From positions 3,463,572 to 3,527,571 of the forward strand of contig JBNZDD010013719.1 in NCBI GenBank assembly GCA_050575255.1: 64,000 nt of DNA, in the 5' to 3' direction. The stretch comes from Harriotta raleighana (Eukaryota). Below are positions 12,901 through 23,831 of the stretch, piece by piece. Position 1 is the first letter of the stretch, and the number at the start of each line of letters is the position of its first letter. The notes below the pieces were generated by a model. The model was given only the letters and a program-made list of their open reading frames with translations, made no database searches and was not told where the DNA came from. Made by a program: the position numbers and the translations under genes.

Positions 12901-15900
12901 CACAGAGGAAAGTAGGGAGTGGGTGAGAGAGGTGGACAGCAAGGGAGGGAGGTGCGAAGTGGGGAAGGAGTTGAGAGTGGGGGAGGGAGATGGTCAGCAG
13001 GGGAGGGAGGTGGACAGCGGGGGAGAAAGGTGGTGAGGGAGATGGTGCTCTATGCGGGGGGCTAACCTCTGCAAGTTGGCATAATTTCTCATACTCGCTC
13101 TCCAAACCACTCTGTGTTCTCTCGATGGTGCCAGGGATGAAGTGAAGGTCTGAGAGCTGCAATTCATCAGTCACCCGCCGGTTGGCACGAGTCCTCCGCC
13201 CAGTCCTGCGTTCCTCCTGCCAACACCAAGCAAAAAACCATCAGGGTCCAGATCATCACCACCGCCATAGAGCACATGACCCCCGTCCCCCAGCACACTT
13301 AATCGAGTTCCTGTATGCAATATATTCCCGTCCCACTCCAGCCCCTGCGCCGCCCCAGCCCCATCCCATCCAGCCCCACCCCAGCCCTTCCCCATGTCTT
13401 GCTCCACCCTGTGTGGTGTCAGTGCTGGTGCTGATGGTGGTGCTGGTAGCCTTGCCTGGGCTGGGATCTCGGTGAAATAAGTGGTGGGGACACTGATGAT
13501 CCTGCCATAATGGGTCCGCAGCTCCCACGTCTCTGCGTTGGTTTTACTGCTGACATCCAACTCATCGTCTTTGTTAATGAGGAACACTGCGCCTGGGGCA
13601 AACAGAGGGTAACGGTCAGGGTGCTCCCCACACTGAGATATGAGATCATGGGCACAGGATCACAGGATTGTAGTGACACAGGAACACAGCAGGAGATGTG
13701 GCACCTCCTCTTAATTGCCGTTCCCATTGGACAAGATGGGGAACAAATAGCGACAGCTCAGTGTGGCGGTGGTGGTGATTGAGTTTACACCACATCTCAT
13801 CCACCAGATGTAACTCCCTTACACTTCCCCTCACTCATTACAGCTGATTGACAGCTCAGAACTGCTTGTGAATGGCTAGGGTCCACCATCAATCAATCAC
13901 AATTTGATTCTTCCCACCCACGCTCCGGGAGCTACCTGTGAGTGGAGCTGCTCGAGATACAGAAGGCATGAGGTGAATAAACGCAATTTGTCTGGATGAA
14001 CCGGCACAATTCAAATAGGTGAAAATGAATCAGGGACGGGCGTTTATCCCAGGATCTGGCTTAAGCGGCTTCCAGTGTGTGTAAGAATAATCCTTGCATT
14101 TGATATAGGGCTTTTCACATCTTCTGGACATCTCAAAGCGTTTGATAGAATATACTGTAAAGTGAATTAACTGCATATATGTGGGTGAAATGTGGCAGCC
14201 AATTGCACACAGCAGTGTCCCACAAACAGTTGTGGATTGAAATAACAAAGTTATTATGGTGTTTTATTTTGGGATTGTTATTAGGCGTGTGGAGTAAGGA
14301 AACTTGCCCAAGATTTCAGCCTGCCTGGAATTGAACCCAGGTCTCTCACTTGTAACCACTAAGCTACAGGACTCCATGATATCATGATATGATGGGATCA
14401 TAGCTCCCAGATAAGGTTAAATCACGTTTGCCATGTGGGTTGGGCTACTAACCTCTGTAGACCTCATGGAATCTGACACGTGGGAAGTGCTGTTGTGCTG
14501 TGACACTCAGGGAGCGTGTGTGAGGCACGGTGGTCTCTTCTTCATCATCAGACCACAAAGTGTCCACTGCCTTCGCATCCTGGGCTTCAACCTGAGAGCA
14601 CAGGAGCTTTACACTGGAGCCACACAATGCACACACTCACTTTACAATATTAACACCATTAATAAAACATCCTTCACGCCTGATGGCATCTCAGAGCGCT
14701 TAACACTCACTCAACACTGTACACACTCACTGTACAAACCAACTGCACACTGTACACTCACTGTATACATTTCCTGCACTGTATGCACTCACTGTACAAA
14801 CTCACTGCACACAATCACTCACACTGTACGTATTCACTGCTTACTACTCACTATATGTAGGAGCACACACACTCCAGGTGGCATGTGGACACACTTACTG
14901 TGATGGGAGCTTGCAGTGCTGCTGTCCTCGCCTGCTCAGCGATTCGCCGCACCTCACTGTGATAGGCACTGATCTCCTGTTGCAGCCGCAGGTGCCTCTG
15001 GAGCAGGGCGCTAGCACTCAACTCGTCCTTCCCGTGGTCATCACTGCCGAGGAGCGGACGCACCTCCCTTAGCCACGACTCAACCTCATTGACATCTGTG
15101 AAATACTGAGAGCGGCATCACAACATCACAGTGAGCTTGTTACAGTATGACATCACAGAGTGCTCACAATACTCTCTCACTGGAGGAAGACATCCCGCTT
15201 TCGTAACTGTGGACAGTATTAGGCACAGGTTGGTAAGAGCCAAGGCTTGGCTTATCCTGAATGTGTCTTGTAGGTAACTGCAGAAGTCTAACCAGCTAAA
15301 ACTGCATAGGTTTTGCCTTCGAGGGCACTTTCTTTCACTGCTTTCCCACTGCTTGTTCAGCTAGCCCTCCACCCGTTAGGGCATTTGAAATTAACAGGAG
15401 CTGAGACAACGCAACTCCACTTGATGACCTGTCATGGGCAGGGACCAGGAATACTGAGAAACCACCAGGTTCAGGAGCCATATTAGATTCTGTCAGAGGG
15501 GATTGACAATTTAGAGCCAGCTGAGCTCCAAGGAGAGACACTGTGAGCGCTCTGCTCACTGCTCTCTTACCTGTTTGATCAGCAGAGCAGCCTGGAGGTG
15601 GGTTCGGTGGCCAGCCACTGCCTCCAGCAGTCGCTGCCAGTTTCTGCGCAGTCGGCTCACCCACTCGCTGAGCTCGCGCTCACTGACCACACTGCCCCGG
15701 CTCATGGCTTCGCCCGCCTGCACCACTGAGTAACACAGAGACTGGTGCGAGTTACACTCCACTTCCAGGACCTGGAGAGAGAGGATCAGCAGAGTGTGAG
15801 AGATAGACCGAGTGAGAGGGAGAAAGTGAAAATAATAGAGACAGAGTGAGAAATAGACAGAGTTAAAGAGATACAGAGTGAGAGAAAGACAGAATGAGAG

Positions 15901-18900
15901 ACAGCATTTGAGAAAGACGGTGAAAGTCAAGAGGGGGAAGGGTGATAAAGACCGAGAGACAGAGTGAGTGAGAGTGAGCGAGAATGTCAGAAGATTGTTT
16001 TTTTGTTGTAAATCGTTGTTGGTGGGAATGTGCTGGGCTTAAAATTACAGTGACAGGAATCGCATTAGACTCTGATTGCCAGTAAAGTGCACTGTGTTGT
16101 GGCCAAATTGACTGGCTGGGTGTGGTGATGGGAGTGGTAGTGGCTGAGGCTGGGTGTGGGATGCCCCATACCTTGTGTTTCTGGATGGATGCAGTGATCT
16201 GGTTGACGTCTCGGCCCAGTGTAACAGAATGCACCAGCTGCCATCGCTCCAATATCCATGCATTCTCCTCCTCACAGTCCCTGATAATCCCAAACACCAC
16301 CTGCTGCTGCTCCAGCCGCTTCTGTCTGTGTGTGGATAAAACATAGAGACTACAGCCAACCAGCCATGGGCAGAAGCTTCCAAAACTGGGGGAGGAGCAC
16401 CAGCCCATGCCTGCCATCTGGGGGCTCAAAATAGATAGGCGGACTCATAGGGAGCCATTGGTGACAGGGCCTCACCTGGCTGTGCTGAGTCTCTGCAGAG
16501 TGTGGTGAAGGTTGTTGAGTTTCTGCAACCCATCCCACACGCCGGGAGCCCGGCCCATCTCCTCGGCCCTCTGGTTAATGTGTTGCAGCACCTCACCCTG
16601 TACCACCACCTGCGCTGCCATCATGTTGTGTTTCTGTAAAAGGTCTGCCAGCTTCAACATGTTCTTTCCAGAATCTTCAGAGCTGAGCAGCACCTGTCAG
16701 GGCAGTGAAAAGAGGTCAGACAGACAGCAGGTTACACTGAGGGCTTTTTATCCAGACACTGAGTTGATTTTGTGCCCGACACTGGCTGCCCAGTCTGACA
16801 CCACAGTTATATTGGCACTGTCCTTTCTCTCCTGTACGCTCACTGTGCTCACCAACCTTGTTACCTCTCTCTCCCTCCATCAAAAAAACTCTTCCACCAC
16901 TAATAAACTCCAAACTCGTCTGAAACTCTGTTACCCAAATCATCACCCTTCCACCAACTCTGCACCCCCTCACCCCTGACCTTGCTAGAATCTCCTGGCT
17001 CCCAGCGACTTCAAGCACCTCACCTCATCTGTAAATCCCTCCACACCCTGGCACTTCCCAATCTCTCCAATCACTTCCTACCCCTCTCCTTCTCTCACCT
17101 CACTCACCCTCCCTCTCCTCCCTCCATCAGTGGTTGAACTTTCAGCTCCTTCATTTCTAATCTCTGGAACAAACAAACTCACTCCCTCCTCCAGCTTCTC
17201 TATCAGTCTTTAAATCCCATCCATTTGACCACACCTAGGGTCACTTCCCACTCTTCCCTCTCCACCAAGGGGTCTTTGAAACATCCCCCTGATTATGGAA
17301 AGGGTTGCATAGGATACATTTGTAGAATATTTGTTCCTCTTCTGAGGAAGAATGAATGCCATGCTCCATCGTGGTCTGGGATTTTATTTAAAAAGAGAGG
17401 GCTAGGCCCAAAGCCTCATTTGAGGCTGTGGCTGTACCTGCAGGGCCTCCATCTCTTTGTGGGCACTGTCGATGTCTCGCAGCAGCGCCAAGGTGGTTTC
17501 CTGATTTCTGAGGGATTCCTTCTGGCTGGACAACTGAACCAACAGATCTCTCCAGCGACGGTCAATCTCCTGGTGCCTGTGGACAACCACAACTTGTAAC
17601 AGAAACATCCGTCATATCAACCTGGAGCCTTCCTCCATGTCTCATCCCACATTTACACTGAACTGTGTCATCCAATGGGAATGCTGGTTGTTCCTGGTAC
17701 CTGCCATCCACATAGTGAGGGCTCAAACCCACACTTGTCAGATGTCAAATGACCGACTTGTGACTATCCTCCTTGGAGGGGAGATAGGTAGAGTCTCCTT
17801 GGAGCTGAATTGGCTCCAAGATCACATGCTTGGCAATGGATATAGCAGTCTCAGTATTCCAGCATTCCTGAGCTAGGGAGATCCACAGTATTCAAGGATA
17901 CTGCTGATTTCAGCACAGTTCATCAGCAGGACTTGGAAGGGCATAACATTCACTGAGGGCTGGGAATCCTCCGACTCGGCTCCTGTTAACCCTGCAGGGC
18001 AATATCCTAGCTGGACTAGCAGCAGGAAAACTTGCCGCACAGAGCTTTCAATAGCGTGCCATATGGTTTTAGCTGTTTAGACGCCAGCAGTTACCCCAAC
18101 ACACACTCTGGGGATCCCAAGTCTGGGCTCTTGCCAACCTGTGCTTAATACTTGCTGGAATTAGATAAGCAGGATGTGACCCTCCAAAGAGGGAGAGAGT
18201 ACGTTTTCCATTCCAGCAATCTATCTCTGGGATTTCCACATGTCAATGGACTCCATGGAATTCTCAGTTTGGTTTGGATACTCTTGAACATGATGATGGG
18301 TTCCTGCATTTATCAGGCACACAACTGACTCAAAAAATCAACAGTGCTCTGGAGTACGGGCTGATTGTTGGCTCAGGAACTGGACTAGAGACCATTACAG
18401 AGAGTGGGCCTTACACCAACATTCCATCACCTAGTATCAGCTGAGCTGGTTGAGCTCCTCAGTGCTCAGTTAGTGTGACCATACAGCAGGCAGACTCATG
18501 CAGCAAGGTGGACACTCACTTTCTCATGATCTTGGCTTTACTGTGGTAATTCTCTGTGTTGATGACCTGAGCCATTTCGGCCAGTGCCCTGAACCTCTGT
18601 TCCCGGGCCAGCAGATCAGTCGAGATGGCCTCTAGTCTCTTGGTGGCTGCCTGGGAATGCTCACAACTCTCCACCTCAGAGCCTTGTTTGGCCACCACGG
18701 AGGTCATCTCATTCAGGTACGTCTCCCTCAGGACAGCTTTCTTCCGAAATTTCTGCACCAGCTGCTCCAGCCTCTGGAGCCTCAGCATTTCCTGCAGGAG
18801 GGCCTTCTCCCGCTGGTGCTCAGCCTTCTCCAGGAGCTCCCAGTGCCGCTCGATGTCACTCAGTAGATGTCCCTCAGGTGGCATATACTGCCTCATATTA

Positions 18901-21900
18901 TTGGCTCGCAACTTGGTCCTGATGTTGAAGAGGTGAGCTTCGATGAGGCCTCGTTCCTGGTACTTGGGCGGCTTCTCGACCGTCCGGAAATGCTTGAAAT
19001 CCGACATCAGGCTTTGCATGCCATTGAGTGAGCTGGGGAATGAACGGGCATCCAGCTCATTCACCTTCTGAGTGATCCACTTCAACAGATTGGACACAAG
19101 TGCCTCGTACTCTCTCTTCAGCTGCTCGATCTCTTGCAGGAGGCCCAGTATCTGTGTACAAAGCAGCGAAGTATAGGGTGCAACAAAAGAACAACAACAA
19201 AATTACATTTGTAAAGCACCTTTCACATTCGGATAACGTCCCAAGGAGCTCAACAGTTGGGGATCAGGATCTGAGATTTGGGGGCAAGATTGGGATGAGT
19301 GAGGACAGAAAGATAGGATGATGGCTGAAGGCACAGTCGAAGAGGAGGATCTTGAGACATGCTTTGAAGAAGGCAAGCGGGGGAGCAAGGTCAAGGGTTT
19401 ATAGGATGGAGTTCCAAAGGTTGGGGGCAGAGAGACTGAAAGTCCAGCTGTAGATAGTAGGGCAGGTTGGGCCACACAACCACTCCCCTACACAGCCTCT
19501 TACACAACAACTCACTCATGCAGCCAAAATCACACAACCAGTAACACTCCAAAGAGATTAACACACACTAAGTCTTTTACAGTCAAACAGAAAGTCAGGG
19601 GGTCAGACACTCAGAAAGTCAAACAGTCAGATAGTTAGACAATCAGAGGCCCTATATCAAATGTAGGAATTATTATTGTTGTTGAGGCCAGTGATAGACT
19701 GGCTTCCAGAAAGGGCTCATGATTGTTAGCTAGAATAGTGATGTTGATTCAGTATAAATCTTTTGTGCATTTAAAGTAGTGCAGTAATAGTGTTCAGGAA
19801 ATTTCTGAAGTAGAGGGGAGTTTTTCTCTCTTGGTGTCCTGAACAACAATCCCCCAGATAAAACTGGTCACTCACTCCATGGCTGCTTGTGGGACATTGC
19901 TCTGCCCAACTAGCTGCCATGTTTTGCCCACAAAATACAAAGTCAATCCACTTTACAATATATTCTGGAAACCACAGCTCAATTCTGTGATAAGGCAATA
20001 ATGCAAGGATTGTTGTTATTATTCATATTATACAGCCAGTCCAACCCTGATTGAAGCAGAGAATGAAACTCAGTCATGACTGTGAGGTGCTTCAGCTAAG
20101 TCACTGAAACTTAGCTGAAAGACAGGGATAATTGTGGTGTACAGGCCCTTACCTTGGCAATCCTCTTCTGCTCGGTCTGGTCCTTCCGCAGCCTGGAGAA
20201 GTAATGGTAATAGAGCGAGACGTAGGTCATGATGGACTTCTCATCAGGATGGGGCATGGCCACGTCCTCAGGATCCAGTAGATGGAAGATACCAAGCTTC
20301 TCATCGGCCACACAGAAGGCATTGTGCAGATTATAGATGGGTTTGTCTTCTGTCAGCTTATTGTAGTCAATCAGGTCAGGCCTTGCAATGAAACATTCAG
20401 GTCACAGGAGCAGGAGTTGGCCAGTCACTGGGCTGAGCGCATAGGTCATTGGGAAGAGCACATGGGTCACTGGGCAGAGCACACTTGGAGGGATTGACTA
20501 GTCACTGGGAGGGATCAATCAGTCACTGGAAGTTTGGAATCCACTCGTCTTCTGTTAACACAAAGCCCTAATAGATGGGGTGGTTCTAGCTGGAAAACAG
20601 TGGGAACCACAAAACACCTTTGGCATTTGTTAAGCTGTCACACAGTGATCTCAGTGGAAAACCATGCTGACATAGACTGTCACAAGGGAGGGTTGGTTAA
20701 ACAAGTCTTCATTTGCATCATAAATAATTGCAAATCCCTCCCTCAGAGAGGAGTCCTCCAAGACTCTCCATTCTGTTGTGGACGCATTAAATAAAAAGAC
20801 AAAGGGATGCTCTGCCATTGTTAAGTGACAAGTGTTACCTGTGAGCATGGATGATTGCGTTGAAGGCCAGTCCATCACGCCAGCTGTGGGTGAAATCTCT
20901 AACGTTTACATTGTCGTAGCCAGTTGTCTTTCGCTGGCACCAGATCAACAGGGCCTCCTTCGCAGATCGCAGGGCACTGCTGGCTCCAAACTCCTCCTGC
21001 GCAACACACAAAGGGTTAGTCAGTCAGGCAGACACACAAATCACAGCCATATAGTCACTCAGCTAGACAATGATGATTAAGGAACCATTCCTCCACACAG
21101 AATGGTGAGAGTGTCGATCGCTCTTGCACCAAAGGTCAAAGAAGTAGAATGCAGCAGGTAATGTAAAATAAGTAAATAGATATCTGTGAAGTTAGGGGGT
21201 TAAGGGATGTGGGGAAAAGGCAGGGAAATTAGATTAAAAGATCTGCCATGATCTAGACTGGCAGATCAGGCTAGACAGACACCAATCTATGGCCCTGTGA
21301 GGCAAGAGGCAGCATGCTCACTCTTCCTATACAAAGGTCCATGTGATCAGACTGCATGCAGAGCTACACGTATATAGGTTGCACATTTCCCTGTATACAT
21401 GGTTGCATGAGCCACCATCTCTAACCAATCAACCAGGACAAGCCTGAAAGCCACCCACCTCATCCAGGGTGATGCAGGAGATCTGGAAGCGGAGGATGAT
21501 GATCCAGATCAGGCCCAGAATCAGAGTGCGGTCCCCATCCACCACATTCTCTGGGCCGATCAGCTCCACTTTGATCTGAAAGACACACAAGTACAAGTTC
21601 AAATGTCAACCCATGGATAGTAGTAATAATAATGTAAAAGCAACCCTCACATTTGAGATCATGCCCAATCATATTGCTGCGATGCCTATTCCTGCTTCAC
21701 AGCATATACTGTAAAGTGTAGTGACTGCATGTTTTAAGAGTGAACACAGAAGCCAATATGCACTGCAATTTTTGGGGGCAGTCAGCCAGAGGTCTGACAT
21801 GTCCGACAAACAAGCATGCAGTGAATGATTGATTTTATCTGGGGGAATTGTTCACTAGGACATCTGACAATTGTTCACTAGGACTCCTCTTTTCTGTGGT

Positions 21901-23831
21901 ATCTTTAACATGCACCCAAATAAACAGACAGTCGGAAGTCTCAGCTGATGGATGGAACCACTATGAAGGCATCACTCCCCCAGCACAGCACCGGAGTGTC
22001 AACCTGCACTGAAAGCTCTAAGTCCCGATGTGGAGTTGAAATCTTCTCTGTCAGAGGCAAAAGTGCTTGGGACTGAGCAAGGTTGAAAGTGAATGATGAT
22101 GAAGGGAAGTCTCACTGGATTTACCTTAGTTCTCAGGAAACAAATGGCTTTGCTGTTGTTTTCCAGATAGTGAACCCGCATCCTACCATTGGTTGGTCTG
22201 GGAAGCTTTTCTCCTGAAATCAGCTCCAGCAAGCGGATCAGAGCGATCCCATCCTTCAACTCTGTGTAGATATCAGTGAGAAAAATACCGGCCTGGGGAG
22301 GAGAGAACAGTTCTATGACTCAGTGACATATGGAAACCCATATGGAAACCCATATGGAAACCATCACGGTACTGAAAAGTTCCATGTCTGCCACTACATA
22401 TGAGAATTCCTATGTTCAGAATGAAATGGACTCTCTAATGCCAGAGGGACACAACCAGATTATCTAGTTCCAGAAAGTATAAGAGCCAAGTCTTGGGGTA
22501 ATTGCTGGAGTCGAACCAACTAAAACCACATAGCTTGCCATTGAGTACTGTCTGGCAAGCTTTCCTACTGCTTGTTCAGATAAGACCACCCTACCCATTA
22601 GGCCTTTGGATTCGCTGGGTTAACAGAAGCTAAGTGGGAAGTCCCTGGTGACTGGTCTGCCCTTTCATGTCTTGAAAATGAGCCAGGCTGGCTGGAATGT
22701 TGCAGATTGCTCTGGCCTAGGGACTGAACTAGAGACCATCACAGAGGGTCATTGCATTGCCAAGCAAGGTACCTTGGAGTCAACTCAGCTACAGTGAGAC
22801 ACACTTGCTCGCCTCCATCCTTCCAGTAAGAAACTATTATGTATAAATTGGACTTCAGTCTCAGGGTTATATGCTGACAATTGATTATGAATGCAGGAAA
22901 ACATGAGCATTCCACAGCACCTGTTATCTGAATGCTGCCTATAAAGCCTCCAAGACTTTCCCTTTCATAGCAGTTTCACAGCCTATCAGTGACTTGGGTA
23001 CTCTCATTCTCACCATAAAATCACATTCCTTGGTGGAGCATGAGAGATTAAATTGCGTCTGACAGAATGTCAATTTATACAGTCTCATAGTCCAGTTACA
23101 GCCTGGAACAGCAATGTTAGAAACTAGATTCCTTCTTTTAACATTTCACCTCTCTAACAGTGAATTAAGCCTGCACACTTCCTTTCGAAGCCCCACCTGA
23201 GCTGAATTAGAAATGGTCAATTGTAACAGGGCAATGCCATGACTAGTCTATCCTGGTGAGTTGATGGCCACAATCTCTGGTGAAGGTGTTACTGGGGGCA
23301 CAGAGCTTTACCACCACCCCCAATTCCAACTGCCCTATTCCTCAGAGACCCCACCACCCAGACATCTGATTCCCTAGTTAACCATCTTTTATCCCAGATA
23401 CCTCCCCAGGCACCCGATCTCCAAAAGACTCCCACCACCTAATCATCCCCATTCCCCAAACACCCGAGCTACCCCACCCCCAAAGATCCCCTGCAGATCC
23501 TAGACATATCCTACCCCTCAGATACCGCATCCCAATACTAAACATACTTCATCCCTGATACGCCCATTAAGTTACCACCCAGTCACCTGCAACTCTCAGA
23601 CCCTTCGACTCCCACCATCCCAAAGACCTCTGCAGCCACCGCAACCCCCACCACTTCCTATCTAAACATCCACCTTCCAGCCCTCAGACAACCTGCCACT
23701 GATTGCCAATTCCATACCTGCTCCTTGGTGAAGAGCTGGTTAATCCAGTTGGTAAAGGTTTTTTTTTGCACACTCATGCGCTGCTCCTGTAGCTCCCGGA
23801 TTCGCCCCTTCTCAAACTCCTCGTCCATCAT
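841..23831 (-). CDS. SPTBN5: Spectrin beta chain non-erythrocytic 5 (beta-V/beta-heavy), 5' part: 32 coding exons, about 1927 codons, continues past the left window edge
   Basis: Starts [31 protein letters not shown], followed by CH1/CH2 motifs ([75 protein letters not shown]) and then serial spectrin repeats. Exons have AG/GT boundaries with matching phases (one probable GC donor). The insertion in repeat 5 fits the beta-V/beta-H class. Confidence 0.92.
1198..1312 (-). CDS. SPTBN5: SPTBN5 coding exon 31
   Basis: [38 protein letters not shown]. Confidence 0.86.
2187..2332 (-). CDS. SPTBN5: SPTBN5 coding exon 30
   Basis: [26 protein letters not shown]...KQKALR. Confidence 0.88.
2759..2891 (-). 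CDS. SPTBN5: SPTBN5 coding exon 29
   Basis: [22 protein letters not shown]...[12 protein letters not shown]. Confidence 0.88.
3145..3308 (-). CDS. SPTBN5: SPTBN5 coding exon 28
   Basis: [20 protein letters not shown]...[11 protein letters not shown]. Confidence 0.85.
3444..3560 (-). CDS. SPTBN5: SPTBN5 coding exon 27
   Basis: [39 protein letters not shown]. Confidence 0.88.
3678..3878 (-). CDS. SPTBN5: SPTBN5 coding exon 26
   Basis: [20 protein letters not shown]...LQHTVRFHQ. Confidence 0.88.
4045..4231 (-). CDS. SPTBN5: SPTBN5 coding exon 25
   Basis: [39 protein letters not shown]...LLHKQR. Confidence 0.88.
4448..4674 (-). CDS. SPTBN5: SPTBN5 coding exon 24
   Basis: [10 protein letters not shown]...[20 protein letters not shown]...HLDW. 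Confidence 0.88.
5019..5183 (-). CDS. SPTBN5: SPTBN5 coding exon 23
   Basis: [13 protein letters not shown]...[19 protein letters not shown]. Confidence 0.88.
5628..5798 (-). CDS. SPTBN5: SPTBN5 coding exon 22
   Basis: [45 protein letters not shown]. Confidence 0.9.
5875..6192 (+). mobile_element. tRNA-derived SINE (further partial copies at about 226-400, 1925-2132, 10680-10870, 26318-26495, 34400-34528, 44521-44595, 47085-47205, 61910-62037)
   Basis: gctcagtcagtagagcactcgc head, core and tail. Confidence 0.8.
6448..6547 (-). CDS. SPTBN5: SPTBN5 coding exon 21
   Basis: [33 protein letters not shown]. Confidence 0.85.
6590..6825 (+). repeat. Degenerate cactgtcaca minisatellite (intronic)
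   Basis: Read directly. Confidence 0.8.
6845..6984 (-). CDS. SPTBN5: SPTBN5 coding exon 20
   Basis: [20 protein letters not shown]...GNYGSDT. Confidence 0.88.
8658..8898 (-). CDS. SPTBN5: SPTBN5 coding exon 19 (identical second copy at 7382-7622)
   Basis: FREMEELGR...[30 protein letters not shown]. Confidence 0.86.
9338..9625 (-). CDS. SPTBN5: SPTBN5 coding exon 18 (identical second copy at 8062-8349)
   Basis: [12 protein letters not shown]...[12 protein letters not shown]...EINAQKSK. Confidence 0.86.
9665..10200 (-). mobile_element. L2 LINE 3' fragment
   Basis: [17 protein letters not shown]; [10 protein letters not shown]; L2-type tail. Confidence 0.85.
10407..10634 (-). CDS. SPTBN5: SPTBN5 coding exon 17
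   Basis: [30 protein letters not shown]...YLKKVAKS. Confidence 0.86.
11568..11698 (-). CDS. SPTBN5: SPTBN5 coding exon 16
   Basis: [43 protein letters not shown]. Confidence 0.86.
12282..12434 (-). CDS. SPTBN5: SPTBN5 coding exon 15
   Basis: [30 protein letters not shown]...QRKYE. Confidence 0.88.
12600..13040 (+). repeat. GA-rich low-complexity intron tract (also GT-rich 10960-11560, C-rich 23310-23655, CA repeat 58770-58806)
   Basis: Base composition read directly. Confidence 0.75.
13067..13216 (-). CDS. SPTBN5: SPTBN5 coding exon 14
   Basis: [50 protein letters not shown]. Confidence 0.8.
13456..13592 (-). CDS. SPTBN5: SPTBN5 coding exon 13 (SH3-like core; probable GC donor)
   Basis: [46 protein letters not shown]|gcaagg; 3' boundary uncertain. 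Confidence 0.7.
14085..14375 (-). mobile_element. tRNA-derived SINE (same family)
   Basis: Head ggagtcctgtagcttagtggtt, core and tail on the - strand. Confidence 0.85.
14453..14591 (-). CDS. SPTBN5: SPTBN5 coding exon 12 (linker plus start of SH3-like insert)
   Basis: cag|[19 protein letters not shown]...[13 protein letters not shown]|gttagt; the phase-1 end matches the next exon. Confidence 0.72.
14899..15105 (-). CDS. SPTBN5: SPTBN5 coding exon 11
   Basis: [41 protein letters not shown]...APIT. Confidence 0.88.
15571..15771 (-). CDS. SPTBN5: SPTBN5 coding exon 10
   Basis: [13 protein letters not shown]...LQAALLIKQ. Confidence 0.88.
16172..16325 (-). CDS. SPTBN5: SPTBN5 coding exon 9
   Basis: QKRLEQ...[16 protein letters not shown]...[16 protein letters not shown]. 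Confidence 0.88.
16476..16693 (-). CDS. SPTBN5: SPTBN5 coding exon 8
   Basis: [22 protein letters not shown]...LSTAR. Confidence 0.88.
17438..17576 (-). CDS. SPTBN5: SPTBN5 coding exon 7
   Basis: [15 protein letters not shown]...EMEALQ. Confidence 0.88.
17800..18456. mobile_element. Unclassified ~650-bp dispersed repeat with imperfect terminal inverted repeats (other copies about 15180-15530, 22400-22792, 24330-24830)
   Basis: Shared core ttttagctgtttagac...agttacccca...ctcttgccaacctgtgc; the left end is reverse-complementary to the right ends of this and other copies. Confidence 0.6.
18520..19151 (-). CDS. SPTBN5: SPTBN5 coding exon 6 (spectrin repeats 1-2)
   Basis: [12 protein letters not shown]...[31 protein letters not shown]; 632 nt. 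Confidence 0.92.
20153..20381 (-). CDS. SPTBN5: SPTBN5 coding exon 5 (CH2)
   Basis: PDLIDYNKL...[31 protein letters not shown]...RIAK. Confidence 0.92.
20839..20996 (-). CDS. SPTBN5: SPTBN5 coding exon 4 (CH2)
   Basis: [53 protein letters not shown]. Confidence 0.92.
21085..21330 (+). mobile_element. Old CR1 3' end in an SPTBN5 intron
   Basis: cacacagaatggtgagagtg...gggatgtggggaaaaggcaggg...ctcttcctat. Confidence 0.55.
21459..21575 (-). CDS. SPTBN5: SPTBN5 coding exon 3 (CH1)
   Basis: [39 protein letters not shown]. Confidence 0.92.
22125..22292 (-). CDS. SPTBN5: SPTBN5 coding exon 2 (CH1)
   Basis: [30 protein letters not shown]...FLRTK; AG/GT boundaries. Confidence 0.92.
22327..22362 (+). 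repeat. Perfect 12-mer tandem repeat (catatggaaacc)x3
   Basis: Read directly. Confidence 0.9.
23718..23831 (-). CDS. SPTBN5: SPTBN5 coding exon 1
   Basis: cag|atcATGATG...GAGCAG|gtatgg; MMDEEFEKG...FTKEQ. Confidence 0.88.

Noticed and set aside
12485-13066. Long proline/serine-rich ORFs over GA/CT-rich tracts (also 33652-34122 and 60977-61291)
   Set aside because: Stop-poor low-complexity DNA with no splice or homology support.
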